64,000 nucleotides of DNA, taken from assembly GCA_951406725.2 (NCBI GenBank), contig OX597823.1, positions 53,010,001 through 53,074,000 of the forward strand, in the 5' to 3' direction. Source of the stretch: Octopus vulgaris. Its lineage: Eukaryota. Shown here in pieces: positions 1 to 13,837 of this stretch; position 1 is the first letter of the stretch, and the number at the start of each line of letters is the position of its first letter. The translations under genes and the position numbers were made by a program. A model generated the notes under the pieces. The model had not been told where the DNA came from. It saw only the letters and a list, made by a program, of their open reading frames with translations, and did no database searches.

Positions 1-615
1 ATTTCAACGTCGATGTTTTGGAGTTATAAAAGAAGTTTCAACTTCTAACGAAATAAAAAGACGTTCATCAATCTATATATTGCTTCTCAATTTGTCAAGC
101 ATTATCAACAAGAAAAGTTACAATCGATGAAAATGGAATGACGACATCTTTTCTGCTATCTCGTTTGAGAATTTCCGTCACAATTAAACGGAAAATATGC
201 CCCCTCCCCAAGAGCGATCTAGAAAGCCTTTCTGGAGACACTCGATCTGCTAGAAACAGCAGTTAGATATTTCAGCTAAACCTCAAGAGTCTTAAAAACG
301 GGAAGGACACACTGGATAATGCTCTCTTAAATAGTTCTGGCTACACAAAAACAAGCATAGACTAATATATGTTCGTTTATCTTAAAGTGAAATGAAAATT
401 AATTTTGCTATTTCAGATGGGTTCTTGCTTCGAGGAAGTATTGTGAAATGTGAAGCCCACAGTGTAAAATGTGAAATATTTATCATATAATGTGAAGCAT
501 GACGTATCGTTAAATATGAAGTACATATCTTAAATTATGAATATAACATGAAGATATGTGTTGTAAAAGGAAAGAAAAATACGAAGTGAAATATATATCG
601 TGGAATAGGTGTGTG

Positions 616-750
<135 letters not shown>

Positions 751-1384
751 TGAAATGTGAAATATATATCGTGAAATATGAATATATATATAACGTGAAA
801 TGTGAAGTCGATCGTCTGATACATCTAATCTATCTCTCTCATTCGCACCAGCACTATGCTTTGGGAAAGATTCTACAACCAGTTTGATTTGCATCCAAAG
901 CAGTGTTATTTTATTTCTTGTGGTGCGCTGTTGTTTTTATTATTTTAGTTTAGCAGATAATGGGATTCGATCACGCAGATAACTCACTATCAAATGGAAT
1001 ATTTTAAAAGAATTAATGTCGGAATACGTAACAGATAAATCTCTAGAAATTGATGAAGCGTAACTGTACAGTATGGCCGTTCTATAATTTGAAGATAAAT
1101 TAGTTTATTTTGGCATCATCAATATAGAAAATTCTATAGAAATTCCCGAACCAACAAGTAAGAGTCTACGTGGTCTCTCTAACTGCTAAAAATAGCTGCC
1201 AGCTTTTCTTTAAACTGTACTCAACTAGCTTAAAAGAAGATATATTGAATAATGTAGCTTTCTTGTGGTAGTTGGGTGCTGTGAGATTTGGAAAATGTTG
1301 TGGAATTAAGAAGATTGTAAAAAATTTTTAATTTGTCGAACATTATAACGAAGAGAGCTGCATATGTTTGTCATTAATACATTT

Positions 1385-1600
1385 CAAATCTTTTATCGTT
1401 TACTTGTTTCTATCATTAGGCTACGATCATGCTGGGGCATCGCTTTGAAGAATTTTGGTCGAACGAATCGACCCAGGTACTTATTAATTTTTTTAAAAAC
1501 CTGATCCTTATTCTATCTGTGTTTTTTGCTGAATCGGTAGGTTACGGGGGATGTAAGCACACCAACGGCGGTTGTCACGCCGTGGTGGGCAAGACACACA
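1385..1600 (-). mobile_element. SINE family C, 3' half (degenerate)
   Basis: Reverse complement matches the segment following the internal (TG)n tract of the complete copy at 61115-61567 (gacaaccg..ttggtgtg.ttacatccc..gtcgatt..ttcgac..cagcatg). Confidence 0.75.
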
Positions 1601-1618
1601 CACGCACACACAGACACA

Positions 1619-1661
<43 letters not shown>

Positions 1662-1720
1662 TATATAACTATAAACAAACTAAAGTTTGTTTTTCTATAA
1701 GCGTCGAAATGCGTATTGTA

Positions 1721-1937
1721 AGATACAAATAAGATGATGATATATTGTCGAACGCAGAGACGCCGTTAGAACAGCAGAAATATTAGGTAATTTACCCTTA
1801 CAAAGCGGAAAAATTGGGTCCATTGCTGGTTGGTTGTTGACAAATTTTTCCGTTTTGTAAGGGATATTTACCCAATATTTCTTCTGATCTAACGTTTTCT
1901 CTGCATTCAAATATAAATTATCATTTTATTTGTATCT
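1721..1937. repeat. Fold-back (palindromic) element, ~96 bp arms, MITE-like
   Basis: 1721-1816 (agatacaaataagatgat...cccttacaaagcggaaaaattg) is the imperfect reverse complement of 1841-1937; 24 bp spacer. Confidence 0.85.
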
Positions 1938-1939
1938 GA

Positions 1940-1976
<37 letters not shown>

Positions 1977-2054
1977 TCTTCTAAGTGTTTTGCATTCTTG
2001 TCCCAGTTTGTATTTTTCTACATATAATAATAATAATATATACATATATATATA

Positions 2055-2211
2055 TGACAGACTTCTTTCAGTTTCTGTCGCCCAACTTCACTCACATGGC
2101 TTTGGTCAGCTCGGAACTATAATAGAAGACACTTGCCTAAGGTACCACGCAGCGTGATTGAGCCCAGAACCATGTAGTTGGGAAGCAAACTTCTTATCCT
2201 GCAGCCACATC
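2055..2211 (-). mobile_element. SINE family C head (tRNA-derived, CORE-like cttgggcaagtgtcttct)
   Basis: Reverse complement reads gtggctgc..aagaagtttgcttcccaactacatggttctgggctcaatc..accttaggcaagtgtcttct; same family as 61115-61270. Confidence 0.8.
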
Positions 2212-2433
2212 TAGACGGAAAATAATATTCTCCCAACATTTTGGTGAAGACCGCTTGAGAACTAATAGTGAAGGGAGAAGAATTTTTTGGAGAGAAAACA
2301 ATTAAAAGAAGCTATTAAAAAAAAAACTGATCTCATGAAAGGCAAACGACGACAATCTATTTGTTCGAACTTACTTTTGCTATACACGTTTCAGTGTGTT
2401 CGTGGGTATATGTAAATTTGGTTTCATAGTTAC

Positions 2434-2500
<67 letters not shown>

Positions 2501-2784
2501 TGCAGTAGCAGTAGCATTCTTTAGTTTCCTCGGTCCCGATCAGGCAGATATGAGCAACAGCAAGCGCTCCTGCCAATGTAACTCTGTCCATTTATACTCT
2601 CGCGGGGCTATACTTATGCATTCAAGCTAGTGTAATGTACTTTGAGGGAGATTTGGCTGTTACTGCTGCAATCGTAAAATCCCCACATGCACAATATCTG
2701 TGTTTTATGCTGGAAGACATGCTCTATACCTTCTATAAGTTTAAACTCTCTATGAATCCAGGATACAATGATGATGATAATAAT

Positions 2785-2998
2785 CCTATCAACAATAGGT
2801 ACACGGCCTGGAATTTTGGGCAGAGGGAATTAGTCGGTTACATCGACCTCAGTATTTGACTGGTACTTATTTCATCACTCCCGAAAGGATGAAAGGCAAA
2901 GTCGACCTCGGTGAAATTTGAGCCCAAAACGTAAAGACGGATAAAATGCTGCTAAGCGTTTTGTCCGTTGTCGTAAAGATTCAGCCAGCTCGTTGCTT
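2785..2998 (-). mobile_element. SINE family A (tRNA-derived; central gtcgactttgcctttcatcctttcggggtcga domain)
   Basis: Pol III-like head (gagctggc.gaat..ttagc; gttcaaattc B-box-like) plus the conserved central domain found in more than a dozen copies in this window. Confidence 0.85.
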
Positions 2999-3016
2999 TA
3001 ACGATAAGGAAAATTA

Positions 3017-3235
3017 TGGTTTCAAATTTTGGCACAGGGCCAGAAATTTTGAGGTGGGTAGATGAGTGAATTAGATCGATCTCAGTGTTCAACAGGTGCT
3101 TATTTCATCGATCTCGAAAGGATGAAAAGCAAAGTCGACCTCGTCGGAATTTGAACCAAAAACGTAAAGATGGAAGAAATACTGCTAAAGAGTTCGTCCG
3201 ATGCCGTAACGATTCTGTTTAGATCGCCTCCTTAA
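3017..3235 (-). mobile_element. SINE family A, tandem neighbour of the previous copy
   Basis: Same head and central domain, head-to-tail with 2785-2998. Confidence 0.85.
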
Positions 3236-3464
3236 AGATAAAGGAAATAATGAAATTCCGAAATTTACAAAACAAAACAGAGGAAGGTTTTAGAAATCTA
3301 CCTTAAAATATTCCATACATTATATTTTAGTGAAGACTTTTTCGCTGCTTACATAGAAATCAAAATGCATTCACACACACACATCCACATACAACTACAT
3401 GCATACATGATTTTAAATAAATGCATACAATATATAAATATGTGTTTGCCCACACAGAGATATC

Positions 3465-3844
3465 GTGGCACTCCGTCGGTTACGATGACGAGGGTTCCAG
3501 TTCATCTGATCAGCGAAACAGACTGCTCGTGAAATTAACGTGCAATTGGCTGAGCACTCCACATACTCGAGTACCTTTAACATAGTTCTCGGGGAGATTC
3601 AGCGTGACACAGAGTGTGACAAGGCTGTCCCTTTGAAATACATGTATAACAGAAACAAGATGAAAGAGGGAGAAAAAGTTGTGGTGAAATAGTACAGCAG
3701 GGTTCGCCACCATCCCACTTCGGAGCCTCGTGGAGCTTTACGTGTTTCCGCTCAATAAAAACTCGCAACACCCGCTCTGGGAACCGAAACCGCGATCCTA
3801 CAACCGCAAGTCCGCTGCTCTAACCACTGGGCTATTGCGCCTCC
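3465..3844 (-). mobile_element. Full-length tRNA-derived SINE (family D, ~380 bp) with imperfect TSD
   Basis: Reverse complement starts ggaggcgcaatagcccagtggttagagcagcggac (A box) ... ggtttcggttccc (B box). Flanks acacagagatatc (3452-3464) and acacaggtatc (3845-3855) resemble a target-site duplication. Confidence 0.85.
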
Positions 3845-3930
3845 ACACAGGTATCCTAACACAGAGATAAAGAGTTTCTACACACTCTCATATGCACATA
3901 TACACACTCTCCTTAGTAAATACACACATC

Positions 3931-4250
3931 ACATGGCTTAGTGTTTGGGACGTCGGGCTCACAAACATGACGTATTGAGTTTGATTCCTAGACCTGGCTG
4001 TGTGATGTGTTCTTGAGCAAGACACTTTATTTCACGTTGCTCCAGTTCACACAGCTGTAGAAATATGTTGTGAAATCATTGGTGCCAAGTTGTATCAGCC
4101 TTTGCCTTTCCCTTGTATGACATCGGTGGCATGGAGAGGGGAGACTGGTATGCATGAGCAACTGCTAGTCTTCCATAAACAACTTTGCTCAGACTTGTGC
4201 CTCGGATGGGAACTTTCTAGGTGCAATCCCATGGTCATTCGTGACCAAAG
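3931..4250 (+). mobile_element. CORE-like SINE (family B)
   Basis: tRNA-like head (tggcttagtg..gagtttgattcc) followed by ttgagcaagacactttatttcacgttgctccagt, shared with 27865-28085 and 63520-63800. Confidence 0.75.
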
Positions 4251-4358
4251 TTGGCCTTTACTTTTACTATACCCTAAGTGTGTGTGTGTAGTGTTTGTGT
4301 GTGTGTTTCTGGGTGTATGTATGTAGGTGCAGGTGTGTGCGTGCGGGCGTGTGCTTGT

Positions 4359-4429
<71 letters not shown>

Positions 4430-4736
4430 GTGTATATAAAAGAACGCAAATGGGGTCCAAAATGCCATGTATTCTTATTTGTACCCTCGCCGCGCACCTA
4501 GAACCAGCGTTGAGTCTGATCTACGGTGTAAATAATGTTTGGTACTTCCATATCTACAGTATTCTACCAATACATGATGCCTTCATGGTTGTTTACCTCA
4601 TTGTAAACTCTATGTTATTGTACCTAGCCATTGCTGGCATCTTACGTGTTCTAGTGCCTAGATTCTAATGAATCCTATGACTAATCACTCTCTATCTCTC
4701 TCATACACTCTGTGTGTGTATGTGTGTATGTGTGTC

Positions 4737-4797
<61 letters not shown>

Positions 4798-4826
4798 CTG
4801 TGTGTGTGAGTGTATGTGTGTGTGTG

Positions 4827-5510
4827 TGTTAAATAAAATGAGACAACAAAGCCAAGGCGGTGTGGAATTTTCAGAACATTTATAAAGAGAAAGTTAGTCT
4901 TATAGCTGTTTCTGGGATATTGGGGATATCCCTTCATCAGAGACGATGTGAGATGGCTAAACAGAGAGAAATATTAGAGTTCAATATAAATTATATAAAG
5001 ATGTTATAGTGACAGTTCAATTATCCAAGGCAAGTGGTGTGTAGAAGTGGTAGAAATACTCTTTGTCCGTGGTATGTAAATTCCAATAGGAGTTCATATT
5101 TTGTATTTACAAATAGAAAGTATGGAGACGTAGATCCCATACTTTCCATTTGTAATGACAAAATTTGAACGCCTATAGGATTTTACATACCACGGACAAG
5201 GAGTATTTCTACCACTTCTACACACCACTTTCCTTGGATAATGGAACTGTCACTATAACATCTTTATATATTTTTATTTTTATTTCTATTTCTACTTTCA
5301 TTCTCCTGTTTCCCTCTGCAGTCCCTATTTCCTCCTTTTCCAAAATGACTCCTTATATTGAATTCTAATATTTCCCTCTATTTAAGCATCTCACATCGTC
5401 TCTGATCCCTAATATCCCCAAAACAGCTATAAGACTAACTTTCTCTTTATAAATGTCCTGAAGACTTCCACACAACACCATTTGGCTTTGTTGTTTCATT
5501 TTATTTAACA
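4827..5510. mobile_element. Penelope-like terminal repeat arranged as a 684 bp fold-back (inverted pLTR)
   Basis: 4827-5125 is the reverse complement of 5137-5510 apart from indels. It carries a hammerhead motif and is related to the repeat at 58845-58960. Confidence 0.75.
4897..4944 (-). ncRNA. Minimal type I hammerhead ribozyme motif
   Basis: Minus strand: gtct CTGATGA a gggatat cccca atatccc a GAAAC AGCT ATA agac. Stem I gtct/agac, 7 bp stem II, palindromic stem III loop; triplet AUA where the 58.9 kb copy has GUA. Confidence 0.7.
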
Positions 5511-5746
5511 TATACATGCTCATACAAGACCCATTGTAGACTCCTCACTCGTATTATTATTGGACCGAGAGTATAACTACGGTCCTTTCATAGCACTTAC
5601 AAAGCAATACCTACCACCCTGGGTCTCCCGGATACCAACATTGCTCATATATATACATATATATATATATATTGTATGTGTGTAGGTATATATATGTATA
5701 CATACCGAGAGAGGGAGAGAGAGAGTAGTTATATATATATATATAT

Positions 5747-5859
5747 ATCTTTATGCATACATACACAGATAATTACACGTTTGTAAACATATATATTTAT
5801 AAATATATATATATATATCTATCTTTATACATGCACACACAGATAATTACACGTTTGTA

Positions 5860-5870
<11 letters not shown>
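5747..5870. repeat. Local direct duplication (~50 bp unit, ~75 bp period)
   Basis: atctttat.cat.ca.acacagataattacacgtttgtaaacatatata occurs at ~5747 and ~5821. Confidence 0.8.
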
Positions 5871-5893
<23 letters not shown>

Positions 5894-5932
5894 TTCAAAA
5901 TATATATATGTTGACAATACATACATACATAC

Positions 5933-5980
<48 letters not shown>

Positions 5981-6525
5981 TACATATATATATTTAGATA
6001 GAAATGCTAGAGGGAGACAGACAGACTGGTAGTAGACAGAAGTAATTTTATAGACAAATACAAACATGAATTATTTCTATACGAAAGACTAGAATGTCTT
6101 TTGCATGGAGCAACTAAAAATGACATCGATTCATAATGAACCATCTATCCACACATATATATTTCTATTGATATTACATGTACCGTGCCTCCACCTGAAT
6201 TTATTTAATCATGACTTGAATAAGTTATAACATTATAGTGTCTAATGAAAAAGATCAATTTCAGAAGACTCATCTCTCTAACCGTTTCCTTCCGCTACGA
6301 GAGATGGTCAGTATTTTGCAAAAGATGCGATGACAATCAACTTGGCCATTGACTTAAATCTCTGCAATTGTTTGGGAAGCAAATAAGAATTTTAAATTTC
6401 CTGTACTTGAAAAATGACGTTATAGCGAAATATACATGCATTCTTGTGGATAGCCTATTAGAAAAGCTACTTCCTTAATCACTGATGATGCATTTAATCC
6501 CTGATATATATATACATATACATAT

Positions 6526-6623
<98 letters not shown>

Positions 6624-6774
6624 ATATATGTATGTATGTATATATATGTATGTATGTATGTATGTAGTATGTACGTATGTAATTATTGTGTGTGCATGCA
6701 TGTGGGTGTGTTTGTGTGTGCATACATGTATATGTATGTATATGCATAGATTATCATTATTATTATTATTATTA

Positions 6775-6830
<56 letters not shown>

Positions 6831-6976
6831 TATATTTTATAGTAGCCCTATTATATAGTGTACATTATATATTCATATAAGCATACATACGTACATACAT
6901 ATACATACATTTACATATATATATATATATACATGTATACATATATGTATATATATATACATGTATACATATATGT

Positions 6977-7056
<80 letters not shown>

Positions 7057-9471
7057 GAAATAATGTACATGTGTATATGAATGTGTGCCTGTATCATAAT
7101 GTTCTATTTAGGATGCTGAACAGCGGTTGGGTTAATGTTGGCTAGAGTTGTAGTGAAGAGGATGGTGCGCGGAGAAATTCTTGTTGGTGGCGATTGTGAT
7201 GTTAGCAGTATTAATAATGAAGGACGGCAGTTGTTGTTTGATGTGGTAGTGTTGCCGTCGTTGTTGTTGCTGTTATTGTTGCTGTTTCTCGTAGTGGTTA
7301 TAGTAGTGATTGTGGTACGATGCTGGTGGCAGTGAAGAAAAATGCTTAGCCAATTTAGGAGATAATTAAATCTAAAGTAGTTGTTGCTTGTAAATAGTGA
7401 GACTTGGATGCATCAGTAGATAAACATTGATAAGAAGAACAAGTATAGTTAACTGCCTGTTGACCAACTTAAAAGGACAAAGTATATGATTAAATACAAT
7501 TAAATACAGTTCTCTGAGTATTGAACCTTGACCGAAGCCAAACAATGAACAATGAAGTGAAAGTCATGGAGAGAAGAGGCGCGGCAAATGTCTCCAGTAT
7601 TAAAATATATTATAAAAAGCCACACTATGGAAAACACTTGCCGACATGTTTGTTTAATAGTACAATACATAGTTCCTTCCGTTCACAGTCTGTTGAAATC
7701 CCACAAGATAATCACCATCAAGCTTAGACAATGCCACGAGGTCCCCAATTTCCCGAAAGAGGAAGTGGCCATTGTACAGTGGACAGCTGGTCAAATGAAA
7801 GAGCATGCACAGCTGTAATGGGGTTGATGTCATAGACTAGCAGAACGGAAGCAGAAGACTGCGAAGAGGATGAAAGTGTGTTTTATAAGAGAACCTATCT
7901 ATACACTGGATCATCTATATCAGTAAATTCGGCATTCTTTTAGATTCGTGTTTTCACTGTCTGTCTGTTTTGTTGGAGTTTTAGCTTTTACCAACACTGT
8001 GCTTTGTTATAGATAATATTTTATACCTCAATTAGTTTGCTGATAATAGTGTAGTCGTAGTAAAGATCAGTATATTTTGTAATATACAGAATTTACCTAT
8101 AACACAATCTCGTTTTCAAATCCAGAGAAGAACTTATATATTCTTCGGTTTGGAGTCAATATTGCCTCTTAATTTCATGAACTCCGAGTTTTAGCTATTA
8201 AACCACTTTATCTCATCCCCGATCAAATGCGTTCCAGTAGTGACTATCTTCTCAATTTGTATATCTCGAACTACAATGGTTACATTGTTCAAAGTATTCC
8301 GCCCCACCTTGTCTTTTAGACGGTAGATTTATATGAGGGAATTCTGCTACTATTTCTGGCTGTTCGAAAAAGAGTAGAAAGAGTATTACATTAGCAAGCA
8401 AAAATTTCAATAGTTCACATCCTAGAGCATCTGTTGCGCTGTTTCTAATGCCATGTCTCTTACATTCATTAGAATCAAATTTAATACTAGAGATACGTGT
8501 GTAGCTCACCAACATTAATTATCATTAATTATCTAGCTTTTCGTCGATTTTGGTGTTGAGTTCAACTCTTTTGATGGACCACTGTAGAAATAATACCACA
8601 GTAGGTTTGCTCTGCAAATTTTATTACAATGAAAGCTAAAATAAACTTGATATAAATTAAAAATATCCCCGGGATTCTTGAAACTAGAATTATAAATACA
8701 ACACGGGCCTAAACATTTTGGACGATATCAGTACAAACGTGTCTCAGAAATTCAGGAATAAAACTATACGAAAATATTTAGAGATTTACAGGCATTTTTA
8801 TAGTTTCGTTGCAATGAAGGCTTTGGCAATTTTACAATGAGTTGACCTCCATATTGTGAAAAGATCAAGATACAAGCTCTATATGAATTACAATATCATT
8901 CGTTTGGTTTGACTTTATTAAGCTCACATTCTGAAATATTTAAAACAAAGAACTATCCAAGCTAGTATTGCCAGAATGTAATAAACACAAAATATTTTCT
9001 TTGTTGAAAAAGGTCCAGTAATCCTGAAAATGAAGATATATTCACTGAAGTGGAATGGAATTCTAATTACATGAAGAAATGCACTAATATTTGCAATGAA
9101 AAACTACATAAACCATCAATAAATGTAGGTAGATCTTTTATCTGTAAAGAACTTTCAAATAACCTCTCGCTGTTTCGGTGTTATGTGAATGGTAAAATCA
9201 ATAGCAGGAAGGAGGTTGGGGGCGGAAGGATATTCTATCCTTCATCTTGGTAGAAGTTAAACAATACTCTTAATGCGTACAAGGTTATATCTAGTCGTAT
9301 ATTTGTTATTTATTGATATTCTTTTGTTTATTGCAAAGAAACCCATAACACAATATTTCTTATTTTGATTTGTCATGTTTTATTCCTAGAATTTAAGTAG
9401 CACCACATTCATTCTGCTACAATCACTTATTTTTATTCAAAATCGCATAATAACGTAGATCTATCTATCTG

Positions 9472-9569
<98 letters not shown>

Positions 9570-9597
9570 ACACACACACTCTCTTTCTCTCTGCATT

Positions 9598-9659
<62 letters not shown>

Positions 9660-9709
9660 GATCGATCGATCTTTCTGTCTGTCTGTTTGTCTGTCCATTT
9701 ATCTATCTA

Positions 9710-9797
<88 letters not shown>

Positions 9798-10196
9798 GTT
9801 TGCATAATTCACTCGGAAACACGATTTCTACTTAGAGGAATTGAAAGTTTCAACTCCGGTTATTAGAATGTTCTTTTTATGCGTAACAAAGACATCTATA
9901 ATTAGAGAAAAGAGACAGCGCACATGCATACACGTCTATATATACATACATACATACATACATGAATAAATATATCCACGAGCATTCACACAATCCATTC
10001 ACCATTCACATGCACAAACAGTCTTCCTCTCTCCCTCTCTCTTTCTCTCTCTCTCTCCACAGTCACACACGCACGCATACATGCACGCATTCACACACAC
10101 ATACACTCACACACACATACATATATATATATATATGAATAATGCATAGTACACACGCACTTATGTATAACGCATACACAAACACGCACTCACACA

Positions 10197-10233
<37 letters not shown>

Positions 10234-11849
10234 GGAGAGAATAGTAGTGACAAAATAATAAACAATGATAAACACCATGTATAAAATCTATAAGCTCTCT
10301 TTGACGACAAAAACCATAAATGTCCTGTCCTTTTTCTGTAATTTGAGAATTGTTCCAAACAAGAGCCTGACTGAGTGAAAGGCCAAATAAAGAGTTCATG
10401 CAGAATAACAATAGAGATTTAGCTAAATAATAGCTTCATTCACTCTCTTTAAAGTTGTTACATAGCAGCTTTGATTAGGGGCAGAGCATGTAAAATAATA
10501 TGACCCTTCTCTCCTTAGCAAGAAAATCTATGACCAATGATACACGTTACATCATATCACAAAATCAAAATCGTCTATATTACACAGATGCATATAGAGA
10601 ATTGCTGCAATGACACTCTATTCTATTAAGCATAAATGCATCTTTCTCCTTTCATCGCACGCTCACACAAACACACGAACACACACTCACGCACAGACGC
10701 ATGCATACTTATGCAAATGCATACACACGTGCGTACATATATAGACAGACAGACAAACGCCTGCATACAAATATACCATCCAGCACAAAAACATATGCAT
10801 ACCCATGTAAATACAGTGAACGTGTAGCTGAAACAGATACATGGAAACGTTTGCACAGAGAACATCAAAAGCGGTCTCTGCTATTAAGGAAGTTAAATAT
10901 ATGTTGCAATCGAATGTTCTTATTGCACAATTAGAAAGTTCCTTCCCTTTTAACCATAAATACAGTTTATAACCACAAATAATTATAACTCTCACTTGAA
11001 ATCGCCAGCGAGAACTTGAAACACCAGTTAATATATCTCCTTACACTATAGCTTAAAAGAAATGGTTAATTGGTACAGCAGAATTTGGCCTGCAAAATCT
11101 CTGCAAACAGTACATGTTTCTTAATCCTTTCTTTATTGATCCTACTACTAAAGACTTCTGAATTCCGCGAAATGTTTTTATTCCTTAATAACAAATGAAA
11201 GAACCAGAAATTGTCTGAGCTAAGGGAATTACACGGTTTTGTCCTTGATTGCCTGAGTGGGATTTTTATGGTAGTCCATTTTTTCCTATGGCACAACTAG
11301 ATTCTTTATAGAGGAAGTAAAACAGAATCTACAGCTTTTCTATCAGTGTTTTACATAGATATAAAAAAAATATATTACGACCATTAATTCCTATAAAGAA
11401 TTACTTTATTTCCAGAAGCTTCATTCCTTATGTATTCTGTAGCTGTTACAGCTGTCTATTAATGTACTGTCACCCTTAAAAATCCCAATACACTCAGGTT
11501 CTAAAGATCTGTAAATGTTTATATCTACATAAAGTTTTATGGAAGACACTCATAAAATGCAATATATTCTTTTATCTACGCTTACGAAAATGCTGAAAAG
11601 GGATTAAAAAAAGGTATAGCAAAACGGTTCTAGTTGTAACCCTTCCAATTACTACCAGCCTATGACCACCATTAATGAAGTGTTCATGTCTAAATAATTC
11701 CTGACCTAAATTTGCCTATTACAAGAAAATCATAACGATAAACTGATAAAGGCTGCATAGCGTTGCTTGAAATGCTAGAAATAGCAGCCAAATTTCTTTC
11801 AAATACACACATGGCTGCATGTGTACGTATGCGTGTGTATACAATCACT

Positions 11850-11945
11850 AGGCTTAGTAGAAGGCTCTTGACCAAGGTACTACGCAAGGGAATTGAACTC
11901 AAAACCATGTGGTCGGGATGCAAACTCTTTACCACACAGCTATAC
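11850..11945 (-). mobile_element. SINE family C head fragment
   Basis: Reverse complement gctgtgtggtaaagagtttgcatcccgaccacatggttttgagttcaattccc..accttggtcaag. Confidence 0.65.
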
Positions 11946-11961
11946 TTTCGCATATATATAT

Positions 11962-11992
<31 letters not shown>

Positions 11993-11995
11993 CGA

Positions 11996-12162
<167 letters not shown>

Positions 12163-12189
12163 GTATATATAAGTACATATAATAATGAT

Positions 12190-12556
<367 letters not shown>

Positions 12557-12559
12557 CCA

Positions 12560-12745
12560 TCTACTATAAACATGGGGCCTGAAATGTTGAGGGAAGGCGT
12601 TAATCGATTATGTTGACCCCAGTACTCGACTGGTAATTATTTTATCGACCCCGAAAGGATGAAAAGCAAGGTCGACGTTAGTAGAATTTGAACTCAGGAC
12701 GTAAAGACGGACACAATTCCGCAAAGCATTTTTTCTGGTATGCAA
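12560..12745 (-). mobile_element. SINE family A (5'-eroded)
   Basis: Central domain tcgaccccgaaaggatgaaaagcaaggtcgac present. Confidence 0.75.
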
Positions 12746-12944
12746 AAAATTTTGCTTAAACCGTCTACAGAAGGTTTGCCTCTTAGGAAAAGAAAAGATC
12801 ACCAGAAAGGGTTTTGAACGCCTGATGACTTTTTAAAATTATGTGGATGTCTAAGGTTACAGGTTGTAACCCGCTACCAACATAAACTCTACCAGGAATA
12901 AGACCAATTCTGAGTCAAGTCGAATAATAATAATAATAATAATG

Positions 12945-12997
<53 letters not shown>

Positions 12998-13088
12998 AGT
13001 AATGATAATAATGATAAAATAACATCAGCGACAATAACAACAACAATAATAATAAGAAGAAGAAAACAACAACGACGACGACGACGAC

Positions 13089-13124
<36 letters not shown>

Positions 13125-13837
13125 ACGACCAGTTGTTAGTTTAAACCTAAAGGTTGCTTCAGATATTCTTTAGAGTTATGATGTTTTTTTTTTTCCTTCT
13201 TGCCGGGGCCCAATCCCCAAAACAATGGATAATACGATACACCCAAAGTCTGGTTGCAAGAAGTACAATGATATTGTCTCAGTTTACATATTACACCCAT
13301 TAATCAGTCTTTAAATAGGCTTATATCAACAGCTTATGTTAAGGTTGCAGAGGGCACGTTTCTTTAAGTTAACAAACACGGCCATTACAATTCCAAATGG
13401 TTGCAGCTTTCAGATCTCCACATGAGACACACATATATATATACACACATATATGTTCTACACACATATACAGGCATTTATTAAATTTAGTAAATATTCT
13501 TAATGCGTGTATGTGTGTGTGTGTGTAAAACACAAATATACGTATAAATATGTATATATGCGCGTATGATTATGTATGTATGTATGTAAATATGTAAATA
13601 TGTATGTATGCGCGTGAGATTATGTATATCCGTTTGAATTTACAAACAGCAGGTTAAAAGTATTCAAAATATGCATGAAGCAGAGTTCCTATATTTTTAC
13701 ACACACACACACACACACACACATACATACAAATAAATAATATATTAATAACTATTTGTACTGAATTAAAAATAACTCAGACTGATACATGATTCAAATA
13801 ACTCCAAATCTGTGTTAGGTATATATATTTCTGTTTT

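Noticed and set aside
417-443. Possible small exon tttcag|ATGGGT..GAA|gtattg
   Set aside because: Weak donor and no supporting neighbouring exons.
2785-3235. CRISPR-like or prokaryotic repeat array
   Set aside because: The repeats are ~200 bp SINE copies in eukaryotic DNA; no spacer structure or cas genes.
3770-3844. tRNA gene
   Set aside because: tRNA-like head of a SINE; it continues into the SINE body and has a TSD.
7521-7818. Short ORFs in complex sequence
   Set aside because: No identifiable homology or splice signals.
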